A stretch of 58,071 nt of DNA from Gracilinanus agilis (lineage: Eukaryota), in NCBI RefSeq assembly GCF_016433145.1, contig NC_058132.1, positions 88,863,392 to 88,921,462 of the forward strand, given 5' to 3'. The position numbers were made by a program, and so were the translations under genes. The notes under the pieces were generated by a model that was not told the origin of the DNA, made no database searches, and was given only the letters and a program-made list of their open reading frames with translations. Positions within the stretch are counted from its first letter, which is position 1; every line of letters starts with the position of its first letter. Positions 12,800-24,852 of the stretch are shown in pieces.

Positions 12800-13430
12800 A
12801 AAGAAAGTAAATGCACAAAAAATAGGAGGTTTTGGGATGGAAGCACTATTGAGCAGAGGATCCAAAAAGGCCTAAAGTAAGAAGTTCAAGTTTGATCTGA
12901 GATTGGAAAAAAATGAGGGACATCAAAAAGTAGAGGGAAGAAGGAAGGTTATATCCCACATTGAGGTTAGCCTGAATAAAGTCACCGTATGGTACAACAA
13001 ATGGACTAGTTAGTTTGGGACATAGACTGCATGGAGCAGAGTATAAGACATCAGTAAGGTAGGTGGGAAATGATTATGAAGGGTTTTAAAAGGCTCACAG
13101 AGTCTATAGTTGAACTTAGAGGAAATAGGTTCTTGAGTAGGTAGTGATATGAAGAGATATTTGTTTTAGGAATATTGTTCTGACAGTTTTGCCAAGTATG
13201 AGTAGAAAAGGGAAGGAACAGAGGCAACATTGGTAATTAGGAGCCATGTGAGAGGAAAGGAAAGTGTAAGTGAAGGAAAGAGAATGAATAAAAGAAATAA
13301 GACATGAAATCAATAGAGCTTGGCTACTCATCAAATATGGGAACTGAGGCAGAAGGAAGAGGGAAGAATATCTGTAAGACTGAGTCTAGAGACTGAAAGA
13401 ATGATAATATCCTTGACAGAAGTTAGGAAA
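12800..13430 (-). mobile_element. L2 internal remnant
   Basis: Purine-rich degenerate L2-like text (gattatgaagggttttaaa..., gtagtgatatgaagagatatttgttttagga...). Confidence 0.55.
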
Positions 13431-13936
13431 AGTTGATTCATTATATAGGCAAAGGCACAAATAACATCAATTCAATTGAAATATTTCCTATCCAATGTAG
13501 AAAATCACTTCATCAACTATCAGTTTGTCATTCTATACTAATTATATTTAATCACTTTTAATTCTTATTCAAGCAGATATTACAAATTTTGACTTAATGC
13601 AAAACATCTTATTTATCTTGTATTGAAGTTTAATCTATCTATAGAGGTTTAAATATCAATTATAGGAGAACACATTACTTTTGATGAGAACACATTATAA
13701 TTTAGTTTTGGGATGAGCTCAGTCAAATCTGAATTTATAATTATAATTCAAAATCTTTATTTTCTCATAAGATATTAATTGTCAGCACCTCAAATTATAG
13801 ACACTGGTTTTCAGTAAACTCTGTTTCAATGATTTAGGATGTCAATCTCATATTTTCATTTCTTCTTTAGAATATTTCAGCAATTACAAAAATCTTTAAA
13901 AGCTGATTTTAAAATTAACAGCAAACATATAATTAA

Positions 13937-14132
13937 GGGGGCAGCTGTGTAGCTCAGTGGAGTGAGAGTCAGGCCTAGAGACAGGAGGTCCTAGGTTCAA
14001 ACCCGGCCTCAGCCACTTCCCAGCTGTGTGACCCTGGGCAGGTCACTTGACCCCCATTGCCCACCCTTACCAATCTTCCACCTATGAGACAATACACCGA
14101 AGTACAAGGGTTTGAAAAAAAATAAAAAAATA
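13937..14132 (+). mobile_element. tRNA-derived SINE (SINE1_Mdo-like)
   Basis: Same family as 1266-1450. TSD ataattaag at 13929-13937 and 14133-14141. Confidence 0.93.
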
Positions 14133-14174
14133 ATAATTAAGCCAAAAATTTAGCCTCTAATAGACCAGTTTATG

Positions 14175-14405
14175 GGCAGCTAGCTAGCATAATAGATAGA
14201 GTGCTGAGCCTCGAATCAAGAAGACTCATCATTCTGAGTTCAAATCTGGCCATACTACCTATGGGACATTTGGCAAGTCACTGAACTCTATTTTTCTCAG
14301 TTTCCTTATCAATTGGAAAAAGAAATGATAATCAAGTCCAGTAAATTTTTGCCAAGAAGATCCCAAATGAAGTCACAAAGAGTTGAACACAACTGAAAAA
14401 CATCA
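14175..14405 (+). mobile_element. MAR1-type marsupial SINE, degraded
   Basis: gggcagctag head, gagttcaaatctggcc B box, RTE-like tail ccagtaaatttttgccaagaagatcccaaatgaagtcacaaagagttgaacacaactgaa. Confidence 0.75.
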
Positions 14406-15174
14406 AAATAAAAATTTGTTTATGATGCCACAAATTTCTATTGTTTAAGAAAAAAATTCCTGGAGAGAAAGGAAATCTTTGCTTACTGACTTCATCTCTA
14501 TAACCCCATTCTGGCTAGTTCTAAATAGAGTGACAGAAAAAATTTTGCTTTATTTTTCCTATTTATAACCTTGTCTCCTACTGAAAGCATGAAGGAAAAG
14601 TAAATCCCTACTTACTGGGAAAAAGAGTTTAGCTTCAGCTTACAAAAAGCTGAAAGAACTGTTTCAAATATGAAGCTTCATTAATCTTCCCAACTATTTC
14701 AAACTTTCTGATTGCAGATTTATATTTTTTTCCTTTCTGTCTGGCTGCATTTTTCCCTTATAAATATTTTATGGCAGCAGAGTCCACAAACAATACTTTG
14801 AAGCTTATATAGAGAATAAAAGGAGAAAAACATAAGGGTTTCCTATTACTCCTGTGTGTTCAGTCCATAACCATTGAAATCTAGAGAATACTTTCTAGTT
14901 TCCTTCATTAACTTGGACTTGTTCTAAGTGAATAAATATTGGGCAGATATTTGGTGACCTGTTAGTGATGGTCACTTAATTAACAAAATGGTATCAAGAC
15001 AAGAAAGGACACAACACTAATAGCTGATTAAAGGATCTCCTCCTGTGAGATCATATGGTCCTCTGGCAGCTCTTGAATTTAAGCATTGGATCATAGTGCA
15101 TCAGTGTAGCTGTCACAGAAACAGGTATCTGGTTTAGTGGTTTATACTATTGGAAGGCTGAAAGAATAAAGGAA

Positions 15175-15285
15175 GAGAAGAAAGGAGGGTGAGAAATAGA
15201 GAGAGAGAAACAGAAAAAGACAGGCAGACAGACAGACAGACAGACAGAGGTAGAGGCAGGGAGAGAGAGAGGCAGAAAGAGAATC
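15175..15285. repeat. (GA)n/(CAGA)n simple repeat
   Basis: gagagagagaaacagaaaaagacaggcagacagacagacagacagacagag. Confidence 0.85.
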
Positions 15286-16181
15286 TGCCATGGAACTACT
15301 GGCTAAATTCATTAGATGGCAATGCTGTCTCCAAGAACCTTTGAGTGATCAGTCTCAAAGACTACTAATTCACCAAAAAGGTTGAGTAGGCTGGTTCTAA
15401 CCCCACCCTGAGTAATTCCCTTGTTCAAGGTGTCACACAGCTATTATGGAGAATTCAAACAAAGGAACAGGGCCTGTGTTCCACTCTAATTCTAAAGTCA
15501 CTCACCTGCATCTTGCCTTATAAATTGACACTATTTAGGTAATACTAGCCATAAGGTGGACTGTCAGAGACCCTACTTCTTATACTCTAATTTTTGTGGC
15601 AGAGAACATAATTCAGAACCAAGAGAATAATAGCTGATTGGCCAGCACAGAGGTAATTGCCAGATAAAATGCATGGATGGCTTGAGATATATTGCAGAAG
15701 AAACCGCTCACATTAAATACAACTATCTACATGCAGCTGAACAATTTGGGGGGTTTACATAGCCTCTATTTCCTGAGTTAAGAATTAAACAAATCCAGAC
15801 TCTAAACAAGAGATCTAATTTGTCATCCACATAGGGCTAAGTTTAAATAATTCCGCAAAGATTTCCCACAGCCTTTATGTTTTATAGTATTTATTATGAG
15901 ACCAGGTGGCTTTCTAATGCTCATTTCTGCTATTTAGGAATAAAATGGTTCATAGAGTGTACTCAGGAATTAAAAAAACAGCAAGAGAAGAGGAAAAGTG
16001 GGCTAAGAATATAGATGAAAAGAAAATGTATAGGTAAATGCAAAAATGGTTAAAAAGCAAGCAACTAAGTATAATGACAAAATACAGTTTGAATTCTTTG
16101 TTACAACTGCTTTTGTGTCTTTCATTTCCTTATAGAAGTAAGTGGGTGTGGAATGGGATTGTGGCTCTACACAGAAGTTCC

Positions 16182-17141
16182 ATGGCAGACTTCAATTCCA
16201 GTAGTTCCCTATCCACTACATTCTATCTCACTGGAATTCCTGGATATGAGGCACTATACCACTGGATCTCCATCCCTTTCTTCATTCTTTATATGATTGG
16301 AATACTGGGAAACTGTACCATCCTTCATATTGTCCGGACTGACCCAAGCCTCCATGAACCCATGTATTATTTCTTGGCCATGTTGTCGCTCACTGATATG
16401 GGCATGTCCCTTCCCACACTTGTTTCTCTCTTTAGAGTGTTGTGGTCCATCTCCAGTGAGATTGAATTCAACACATGTGTGATACAGATGTTCTTCATTC
16501 ATACTTTCTCCTTCACAGAATCAGCAGTGCTCCTAGCAATGGCCTTTGACCGCTATGTAGCCATCTGTCACCCCCTGAGGTATTCCACCATCCTCACCCC
16601 AAAGCGCATCATTAGGATTGGAATAACAGCTGTTTTGAGGAGCTCTCTCTCCATTATTCCACTAATGATCCGCCTTGCATACTTTCCTTTCTGCCACTCT
16701 CACGTTCTCTCTCACTCTTACTGCCTACATCAGGATATGATTCGCTTGGCTTGTGCTGACATTAAATTTAATGTCATTTATGGATTGGTTTTGATCACTA
16801 TTCTATGGGGATTTGATGCCTTGGGCATTCTGGTTTCTTACATCTTCATTCTCCGTTCTGTGCTGAGCATTGCATCCCAGAAGGAAAGACTAAAGGCTCT
16901 CAACACATGTGCCTCCCACATCTGTGCTGTTCTTATCCTTTATGTGCCCATGATTGGTCTATCTCTTGTTCATCGTTTTGCAAAACATGCCTCTCCCCTT
17001 GTCCACATTTTCATGGCTCATATCTACTTGTTGGTGCCTCCCATACTCAACCCTATCATCTACAGTGTGAAAACCAAACAGATTCGTTTAGGGATCGTTC
17101 GTCTACTTCTCCCTAAGAGAATCCATTCTACCTGGGAGTAG
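16182..17141 (+). CDS. Class I olfactory receptor, OR51 family, intact (319 aa from the ATG at 16182); paralogue of 281-1234
   Basis: All OR motifs present, including HRFAKH. Aligns to the first OR from Met49 of the 367-aa track ORF, with 59 differences over 317 aa by hand count. A polypyrimidine tract and AG at 16134-16135 suggests the upstream 48 codons are largely intronic. Confidence 0.96.
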   Translation: MADFNSSSSLSTTFYLTGIPGYEALYHWISIPFFILYMIGILGNCTILHIVRTDPSLHEPMYYFLAMLSLTDMGMSLPTLVSLFRVLWSISSEIEFNTCVIQMFFIHTFSFTESAVLLAMAFDRYVAICHPLRYSTILTPKRIIRIGITAVLRSSLSIIPLMIRLAYFPFCHSHVLSHSYCLHQDMIRLACADIKFNVIYGLVLITILWGFDALGILVSYIFILRSVLSIASQKERLKALNTCASHICAVLILYVPMIGLSLVHRFAKHASPLVHIFMAHIYLLVPPILNPIIYSVKTKQIRLGIVRLLLPKRIHSTWE

Positions 17142-17779
17142 GTTGTGCCAAGAAATAATCCCCATCACACAAGACTCAAGACTTAAATTATATGGGATCA
17201 TTTCCACTCTACCCAGGAAAGGGATGTTTTAGCTAGGGGAAAAGAGGAAAATGGAAGAGGGAGGGAATACTATACACTACAACATTGAAACATTTTATTT
17301 TATCCATTTGTAACATAGAAATTTCAAGGGAATGAGGCATACGAAGTCAAGGTGATTAGTTCAAGTTTTATTATGAGATTATATTTAAAGGAGATCCCTA
17401 TAGTTAGACCTTGTTATAGAAAGCAAGCAGAAGGGCCTACTATGCTATAAGTCCACAATGGGCCTTTGTTCTTAAACAATCTCTTTGTTTTACTGAAACT
17501 GTTTAAGGTGGGAATGGGTTAATGCATGCAGAATTTGCATGTATATTCACTTATATATAAGTAAGCTTATATGTAAGCTTATATGTTCACTTAAAAGCAG
17601 AATGTGTAAAGGATTAACCAAAATGGAGTTGACTGCAAGCCACACACCATTTGATCTATTAATAATATTTATATTTCTTGCTCCAAACTACAATCATCAT
17701 ATATTTAATACATGACGAACTATGTAGATTTTACAAATGGATACACATATTAGCCTTACAGACTTCATGTTTCTTGTTC

Positions 17780-18700
17780 AATCTTTTCTAAGCTCATTAT
17801 TAGGTCTTTGGGGACTGGAAATCTCCATATGGTTGTCCCATATCAATTCAAATTCTGTCAAATTCAGTGTGTGCAAAACAGACATTATTATCTTCCCATC
17901 CCAAAAGCCAATCTTCTTGGAACTTCTACAACTTTGTCCAGGGTACCAGCATCATTACAATCACAGAAATTCATGTTCTCCATCTAAATCATCCTTAATT
18001 CCCCAAAATCCCTTAACTTGATATCCAGTCTCTCTAAATATCATGTCTACCATAACCTTCCTGTACTCATTTCTTCCTCTCTCCTCAGTTCAGGGCCACA
18101 TGACCTTTACCTGGACTCTTAGAGTACTTTTCTTATTAGTTTTCTTACTTCTAGTCTCTCCTTTCTCTACAACATTTCCTTCTCTGTCCACAAATTAACA
18201 ATCCTAGAACTCATGTCTAATCATAATATTATATGCCTACTCAAGGAGATTTTTTTGGTTCCTTATTACTTCTGGGATATTATTTCACATCTTCTATTTG
18301 ATTTTTAAAACTCTTTGCAATACAGCTTTAAAATACCTTTCTAGTCTCATTTCATATTGTTTTGCCTATAGAACTCTATGTTCCAGCCAAACCAACTATT
18401 TGCTTTTTCTAGTGCTTTTCCTATATTATCTCCAATTCATCCTCCTATTGATCCATGTTTTGGAATTCCTATCTTGCCTCACTTTTCAGGTCAACTGTTA
18501 CCTTCTCCACCTACCCTTTCCAAGTGTCTCAATTATTGCTGCTTTCCCCCCACAGTGATGTTATTGTGCTTTTATTTTTTAAATATTTGTTTTTACATAT
18601 ATATGGATCTTTCTTCACATAGAATAGAATATCAGATTCTTGAGAACAATGGCTGCTTCATTCTAATCTTTGTGAAACCAGCACTAGACTTTAGAATCCT
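17780..18700 (+). mobile_element. L2 remnant
   Basis: Pyrimidine-rich L2-like text ending in atcagattcttgagaacaatggctgcttcattctaatctttgt. Confidence 0.55.
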
Positions 18701-19199
18701 AGGATCAGGTATATGATTTTCCATCATGATCAAAGACTTAGGGAAGGATCCTAAATTATTAAGCCTACCTCCCCATTATTCAGTAGTTAGAGATGTTTTG
18801 GACTGTATGGTGGAGGGTTGAATGATGAGCTTCCAAAATTTTATTTAACTAATCAGCATACTGAATGTCTTAGTCTATTGTTACCAAGATAATTTTTGAC
18901 TTATTTAATTTGTTTTGTCTGGTTTAATTAATTTTAGTACTTGGAACTCTGCCTCTTGACATTTTTAATCATCACAGTATCATGCACATTGTAGGCAAGC
19001 TAGATATTTTTTTTCCTTTTTCCTTTTGTACAATATGGATCAAATTTTAAAGGTCACCTTTTGCTAGATACAAATGCAATTTGAATGGGAGAGATGGAGG
19101 ATGGTGAGCTCATAAGACCTGAAGAAATGCAAGATGATTCTTGCATGTTACGTAAAAAGTACTAGTAATAGTTCATTATTCCTATAAAAATTGTATGGA

Positions 19200-19835
19200 T
19201 GTTCTGTCACTCTGATTTGCACCTAAAAATGCTTGTTTCTCTTTGATCACTCCATATGATGTGTTCTAGAAACCCTTGCTCCCATTTGCCCTTCTCTTTT
19301 TGCCCTTAGTCTTATTAAAGTTCTTCTTAAAAAGGGGTGCTATAACTAATCTAGATGCTTCTGATGTGGTCTGATTTGAAGAGAATACAAGGGTATTGTG
19401 ATCTTTTCATTCCTAGAAACTATGACTAAAATGATGAAGTCCAAGATCAAACTGGCTTTTTTGACTGCCATATCACAATACTGACAAAAACACTTTGAAA
19501 GATCACAGATATTTTTTCAATTAAAATGATTTTTTAAACCATGATTTCTACTTTTTGTATATGTGAGGTAAATTTTTAGAATCTCAAGTATTAGATTATA
19601 AATATATTACTATTGAATTGATAGTAATTATCAGGCAGTATAATATTCCAAATTTTCTAAATGATCTTTTAGGATCCCGACTCAGTCATCCATTATATTA
19701 GATGTACCTGCCAGCTTTTGGTCATTCCAAAAATTTATAAGCATGCCATCAGAACTTTTATTCAAAACATTGATAAAACTCTTAAGGGACACCTGTCAAA
19801 TCTCTGTGACATTCCACTGGAAACTTAATCAAAGT
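19200..19835 (-). mobile_element. CR1/L3 LINE reverse-transcriptase fossil
   Basis: The minus strand of 19690-19835 reads like a decayed VSSGVPQGSVLGP.LFNIFIN.L...I...L.KFADDTKL (gtttccagtggaatgtcacagaga...ataaatttttggaatgaccaaaagctgg). Confidence 0.6.
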
Positions 19836-20239
19836 GATATCAAACCATAAAATTCAGTCATGTCATGGAAAACAAAGGAAAAGAAAGTATACAATCAGTC
19901 AAACAATAAACATTAATTAATAGCATTCTGTGTGCCATACACTGTGTTAAGGTCTAGGAAGATCCAGAGGAAGAGGGTCATCAACCGTTTGAAAAGCTCA
20001 TGAAAATTCAAGATGTATGAGGACTGGGAAAATGACATTAGATTTCATATAATCATAGCATTGGTAGAAATCTGATGTTTTCCATCAGGGCTTTAAAGGG
20101 CATGACCCCAGGAATGCTCTCAGTTGCCAAATGGATAATCCTAAAGTATGTCTAATCATGCCATTTGCCTGCTTATTAAACTATCTTTGTTCCTTATTAC
20201 ATACTCTAAGATGAAATATAAAATAATACAAATTAGTTT

Positions 20240-21050
20240 CTAGTGTAACATCAAGAATTGTTTATTATTATCTTGCAGCATTTTGTCTTAATTATTTTTG
20301 TTCTTGTGGTTCTTTCCATTTACATTATTATAGTTATTGTGTTTATTGTTTTCCTGGTTCAAGTTTCATCAGTTTGTATTGATAGAGATATTCTGCTTAT
20401 GTTTAACCTTCCCTATATTGATTATATCCATTGTTTCTTTGATAACAATAGTGTTTGATTGCATTAATGTGCCCCAACTCATTTAACCATTCTTCACATG
20501 AACAATGACTTTGATTCCAGTCTTTATTACTACAAAAAGTTCTATTATAAATATATAGTGTATGTGAAAACTTTCTTTTTACTCTTGATTTCTTTGGAAT
20601 TTGTGCTTTTCAGTGGGATTGCTAAGTGAATAGATATTTTATTCCCTTTCTTAGCATAATTCCAAATTGCTTTCCAGAATCTTTAGACATATTTACAGCT
20701 CCACCAACAATGCCTTAGGCACCTGTCTATCCAATGTCCATTCAATCTTTACTATTCATACCTTGTCATCTTTGTCACTTTGAACTATATGCAGCAAAAC
20801 TACACTCTCTTTGACTTTGATTATCTATTTACTAATGCTTTTAAGCACTTGTTATTCATATACTTCATAATAATTTGATAGTTTGTAATTATTTTTTGAG
20901 TAACTATTTACATTCTTTAACATGTACCTCCTAGGGAATCACTTTTTTGTATTAAAACTTATAAATACATTAATTCCTATAAATAGAGGATAATAGACTA
21001 TTATTAAGAATATTTTATAAAGGGTCATGGAAATAAGATAATTTTGTTTC
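20240..21050 (-). mobile_element. Old L1 3' end remnant
   Basis: Antisense L1 C-terminal/3' UTR text (gctttccagaatc...acagctccaccaacaatg; cttgtcatctttgtcac). Confidence 0.7.
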
Positions 21051-21444
21051 TGCTTTATTAAATTTAATATATGCACAGAGAAGATGAGGGGTCAGCTTTA
21101 TGACCCATTCTGCTCTGGCATCATCTCACTAAATAAGCAGCTTATAAACATACTGAAATCATTGGAAAGTATCTGAGACAATGAAAATAATGCTTGGCAC
21201 ATAATTTGTGCTAATTAAATGAATAATTTGCCCCAGAAAAAGAGTGACTAATATACCAGTTCCACATTCATTTGCATGAACCTAAAGGAAAGACTTAAAG
21301 ATAAAAAAACAAAACAACTGATTTCATATCTGACCCCAGATATTTACCAGGTGAATGACCGTAGGCAAGGCATTTAAACTCTTCCTATTTCAGCTTTTCT
21401 AAACCTCTGTCCAGATTTTTCAGTTTCCTTTTGTCCGTCATCTT

Positions 21445-21560
21445 TCCCCATTAGATTGTAAGTTCCCTGAGAGCAGGAACTATTTCTTCTTGCTATTTAC
21501 ATCCCTTATGCTTAGCTTTGTGCCTGGCACAAAACAGACCATTAATGTTTATTGACTGAC
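21445..21560 (+). mobile_element. L2 3' end
   Basis: cccattagattgtaagttccctgagagcagg...tgcctggcac...gtttattgactgactg. Confidence 0.75.
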
Positions 21561-22793
21561 TGGCAAATGTAAAATGAGGGTATTATCTCCCAGGACATTT
21601 ATGAGGATAAAATGAAATGATATATATAAAATGTTTTGAAAACCTGAAATATTGATGAAGATGATGATGAGAGCAAGAAAATGTATGATCAGACAATAGA
21701 ATGATAAAAAGAAGAATGATGTATAATCCTGGAAAGGCAAGCTGAATTTAAATTATGAAGGATTTTGTATTGAGCCATAAAAATAATAGAAATGCATTGG
21801 ATAGTATTGCATAGGAGAATGATATGATTGGAGCTGTGATAAAGGAATGTCACTTTGGCATCTTTGTGGAGGAGTAATCAAAGGCAGCAGTTAAATCATT
21901 ACCATCACCATTTATTACAGTATCTATTGAAGAGATATCAAAGTTCAATCCATATCTAAACTGGGGACCTCTCTATAATAATCCCCCCCAAAATTCAACC
22001 TCTATTTAAAGACTTCCATTATTGGATAATTCATTAGCCATAGTGGCAACTCATTTCTCTACCTCTTTTTTTTCTTCCTCATTATTTTTCAAATCCAGAA
22101 TATAATAATTGCCATCACAGAACAATAGAATGTATTTGGATGGAAATTTATAAATTCTCAAACCTTTGATCCTCATCATCAATCTTATATATTATTTATG
22201 AAATAAATAATTTATATCTAAATAATATATATATATATATATGGAACCCAGAATCAGTCTTCATGTTTCAATGGTAAGAGAACTAAAACAGAAGAATAGA
22301 AATTCAAAGTACAAATTTAAGTAGCTATAGAACAAGACTAATATTACATACAAAACAAGCATTCATATATTTTGTATTCTTCAGAAAGAGGATTCCAAAG
22401 AGGCAAGTGAAATTTTAGTTGGAAATTTCCTAGATGGAATAAGAAATCACAGATATAGAAATAATAGGAGAGAGGCAACTCAGAGGACAGATTTCATAGG
22501 CCCTTGGAGAGCTAGAATGCAGTTTTGGAGAAGACTTAAAGTGTTATATATTTCTAAGTAACTTGGGTTTCTATAGAATTATTTCCTCTGACCTTAGCTG
22601 GACAGAACTAAAAGATATTTATTCTTAGTCTTTGAAGAGTAGTTCATTTTATCCCCTTCCATGGTTTATTTGGATTAGTCTAAAGATTTATTGGTTAACC
22701 CTACACTTTCCATTGTCTATCTCTCTTTGTCCATCCTCCCTTGAAATTAGGTATTCTTAGAGGCTGTTGTCATTATTTTCTAAAACAGGGAAA

Positions 22794-22873
22794 AATAATA
22801 CATAATATAAAAATACAGAGAGATAACATTCAGAATAATACATAATATAAAAATACAGAGAGATAACATTCAG
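22794..22873 (+). repeat. Perfect 40-bp tandem duplication
   Basis: aataatacataatataaaaatacagagagataacattcag at 22794-22833 and 22834-22873. Confidence 0.95.
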
Positions 22874-24396
22874 AATACTAATTTTATATAGAGATATATC
22901 AAACCTTTCAAAAGAAGTGGTAGTTGTAGTGATTTGGGGATTTGAAGGTTGTCAGTAAATGCTCAAAACAGTAGGCTTATAATATGACACAACCATATGA
23001 GAGAAAGTTTAAAACATAAAGAGATAGCTTTGGTTAGGAGAGTAGGGATAAGAACAACATGAGAGGAATATGACCCAAATAAAATTTGACACTTCCATAC
23101 AAAGACCAAGGAAGGAGAAAATCTGAGAAAATCTGGTTTTTATTAGAAGAGGATCCAGTTATTAGGCATGAGGGATTGATTTTTCATCTTTGATATCACA
23201 GGAAGAGGGAAGTCTAGGATCACCTAAAGAATATATTTGGCCAAGTGCAGGATATACAAGTTTCTGGAAAAAGAATTCATATCTAGAGAATAGTTATCCA
23301 GCAAATGAAAAGCTATGTCCAAAAAAAATTACAAAATGATAATGAAACAAAACAACTTGCACAAAAAGGTATTTCAAATATCATCTACATTTTATAGATG
23401 AGCAAACTGAAGTTCAGAGAGTTTTCCAGGCTCACATAGCTAATGATTTTTAGAATTAGGATTCTAAGTTAGACCTGAATCCAAGACAAGAAGCCTGGGC
23501 ACTATAGCACATAACTAGGCTAAAACATACTGTATACATAAAGCTGTACAACTTTTAAACTGGCTCATGTTTTTGACTTGAGCCCTGGGTTCTCATGATT
23601 TCTAATGTTGTCTCTAATTAGGATCAGTTCTGGACCTCAAATCATGAGCTATTTCTTTCTGATATTACTCTCAAGGCATGGGGATTCTTCTTCCAGAATT
23701 TTCTACATAATGCCAGTTCCATTCAGTTCCTGAATTTGAGACCTCAGTCAATTGGTAAATTTAAACATATATTTTTCAGCCTAAATAAATAAGGATTGGT
23801 TATCATCTCCTAGTGGTCATTGCTCTTAACCAAACATTCAATAAGTAACTTGGGTCTTTATAGGACTATTGCTTCTACCCACTGCTGGGCAGATCTAAAA
23901 GATATTCATTCTTACGTCCTTCAAGAGTAGTTTAGTTTTACCCCCTTCCATGTCTTAGGCACTACTGTATGTTCTGGAGTTATAAAGAAAAACAAGACAA
24001 TCCCTACTCTTAAAGAGTTCATTTGCAAAGTGTGAAACAGTTTGTAAGCAATTATCTATAAATAATCTACTCCCAGGATAAATTGAAGACAATAGGAAAA
24101 TAAGAAAGCACTAGAATTCTGCAGAATCAATGGTTTCCTCTTCCCCTCTATCATTGACCCCTTCTTATTCAATAGGACACCATCCAATAGATATGCATCA
24201 AGACTAGAAACGCCCAACTTCCCACCACAAATTTTACCCCACAGATCATAAAGATAGATTCTTCCTTCAGTGATCTAAGGAAAAAAAACATTGTAAATTT
24301 TGACTTGGAAAAACAAATTGTGAATTCCCACAGTTGTTCTATGAAATTATTTCACAGATGAGGAAAGTGAGTCTTCAAAGTGCCTAGCCCAAAGAC

Positions 24397-24591
24397 CAGT
24401 GATACCCAAAGTGGGTTCCACTGGCCCCTGGTGGGTGCTGCAGCAATCTAGGGAGGTGGTGATGACTACAGGTGCATTTGGGGGCAGTGAATAACAGTAA
24501 GGGGGCAGTGATAATATGTGACAGGGGGCACTAAATAATATTTATTTTTCTGGAAAGGTAGCGGTAGGCCAAAAAAGTTTGGGAACCATTG
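24397..24591. mobile_element. Non-autonomous hAT (Charlie-like) DNA transposon, 195 bp
   Basis: Termini CAGTGATACCCAAA and TTTGGGAACCATTG form imperfect TIRs. 8-bp TSD ccaaagac (24389-24396) and ccatagac (24592-24599). Interrupts a MIR-like core. Confidence 0.85.
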
Positions 24592-24852
24592 CCATAGACC
24601 ATACAAGTCTCAAGTGAAAAAAAAAATAGATGTAAGACCTAAGTCTTCCAATACTATGACCTCTGCTCCTTGGCAGTAACGAGACTGGGCATTGCCAGAG
24701 CCCATGTTCAATAAAGCTTCATTCTTTTTTTTTTTTTGCTCTTTTCTGGAGCCAGTGTATCTTGACAGCTTGAGAATGAGCCCACATGGATTTCTATAAG
24801 AAATCCCATACAGAGAATCTACACTGAGTTTCTCTGAATGGTCATATGTATC

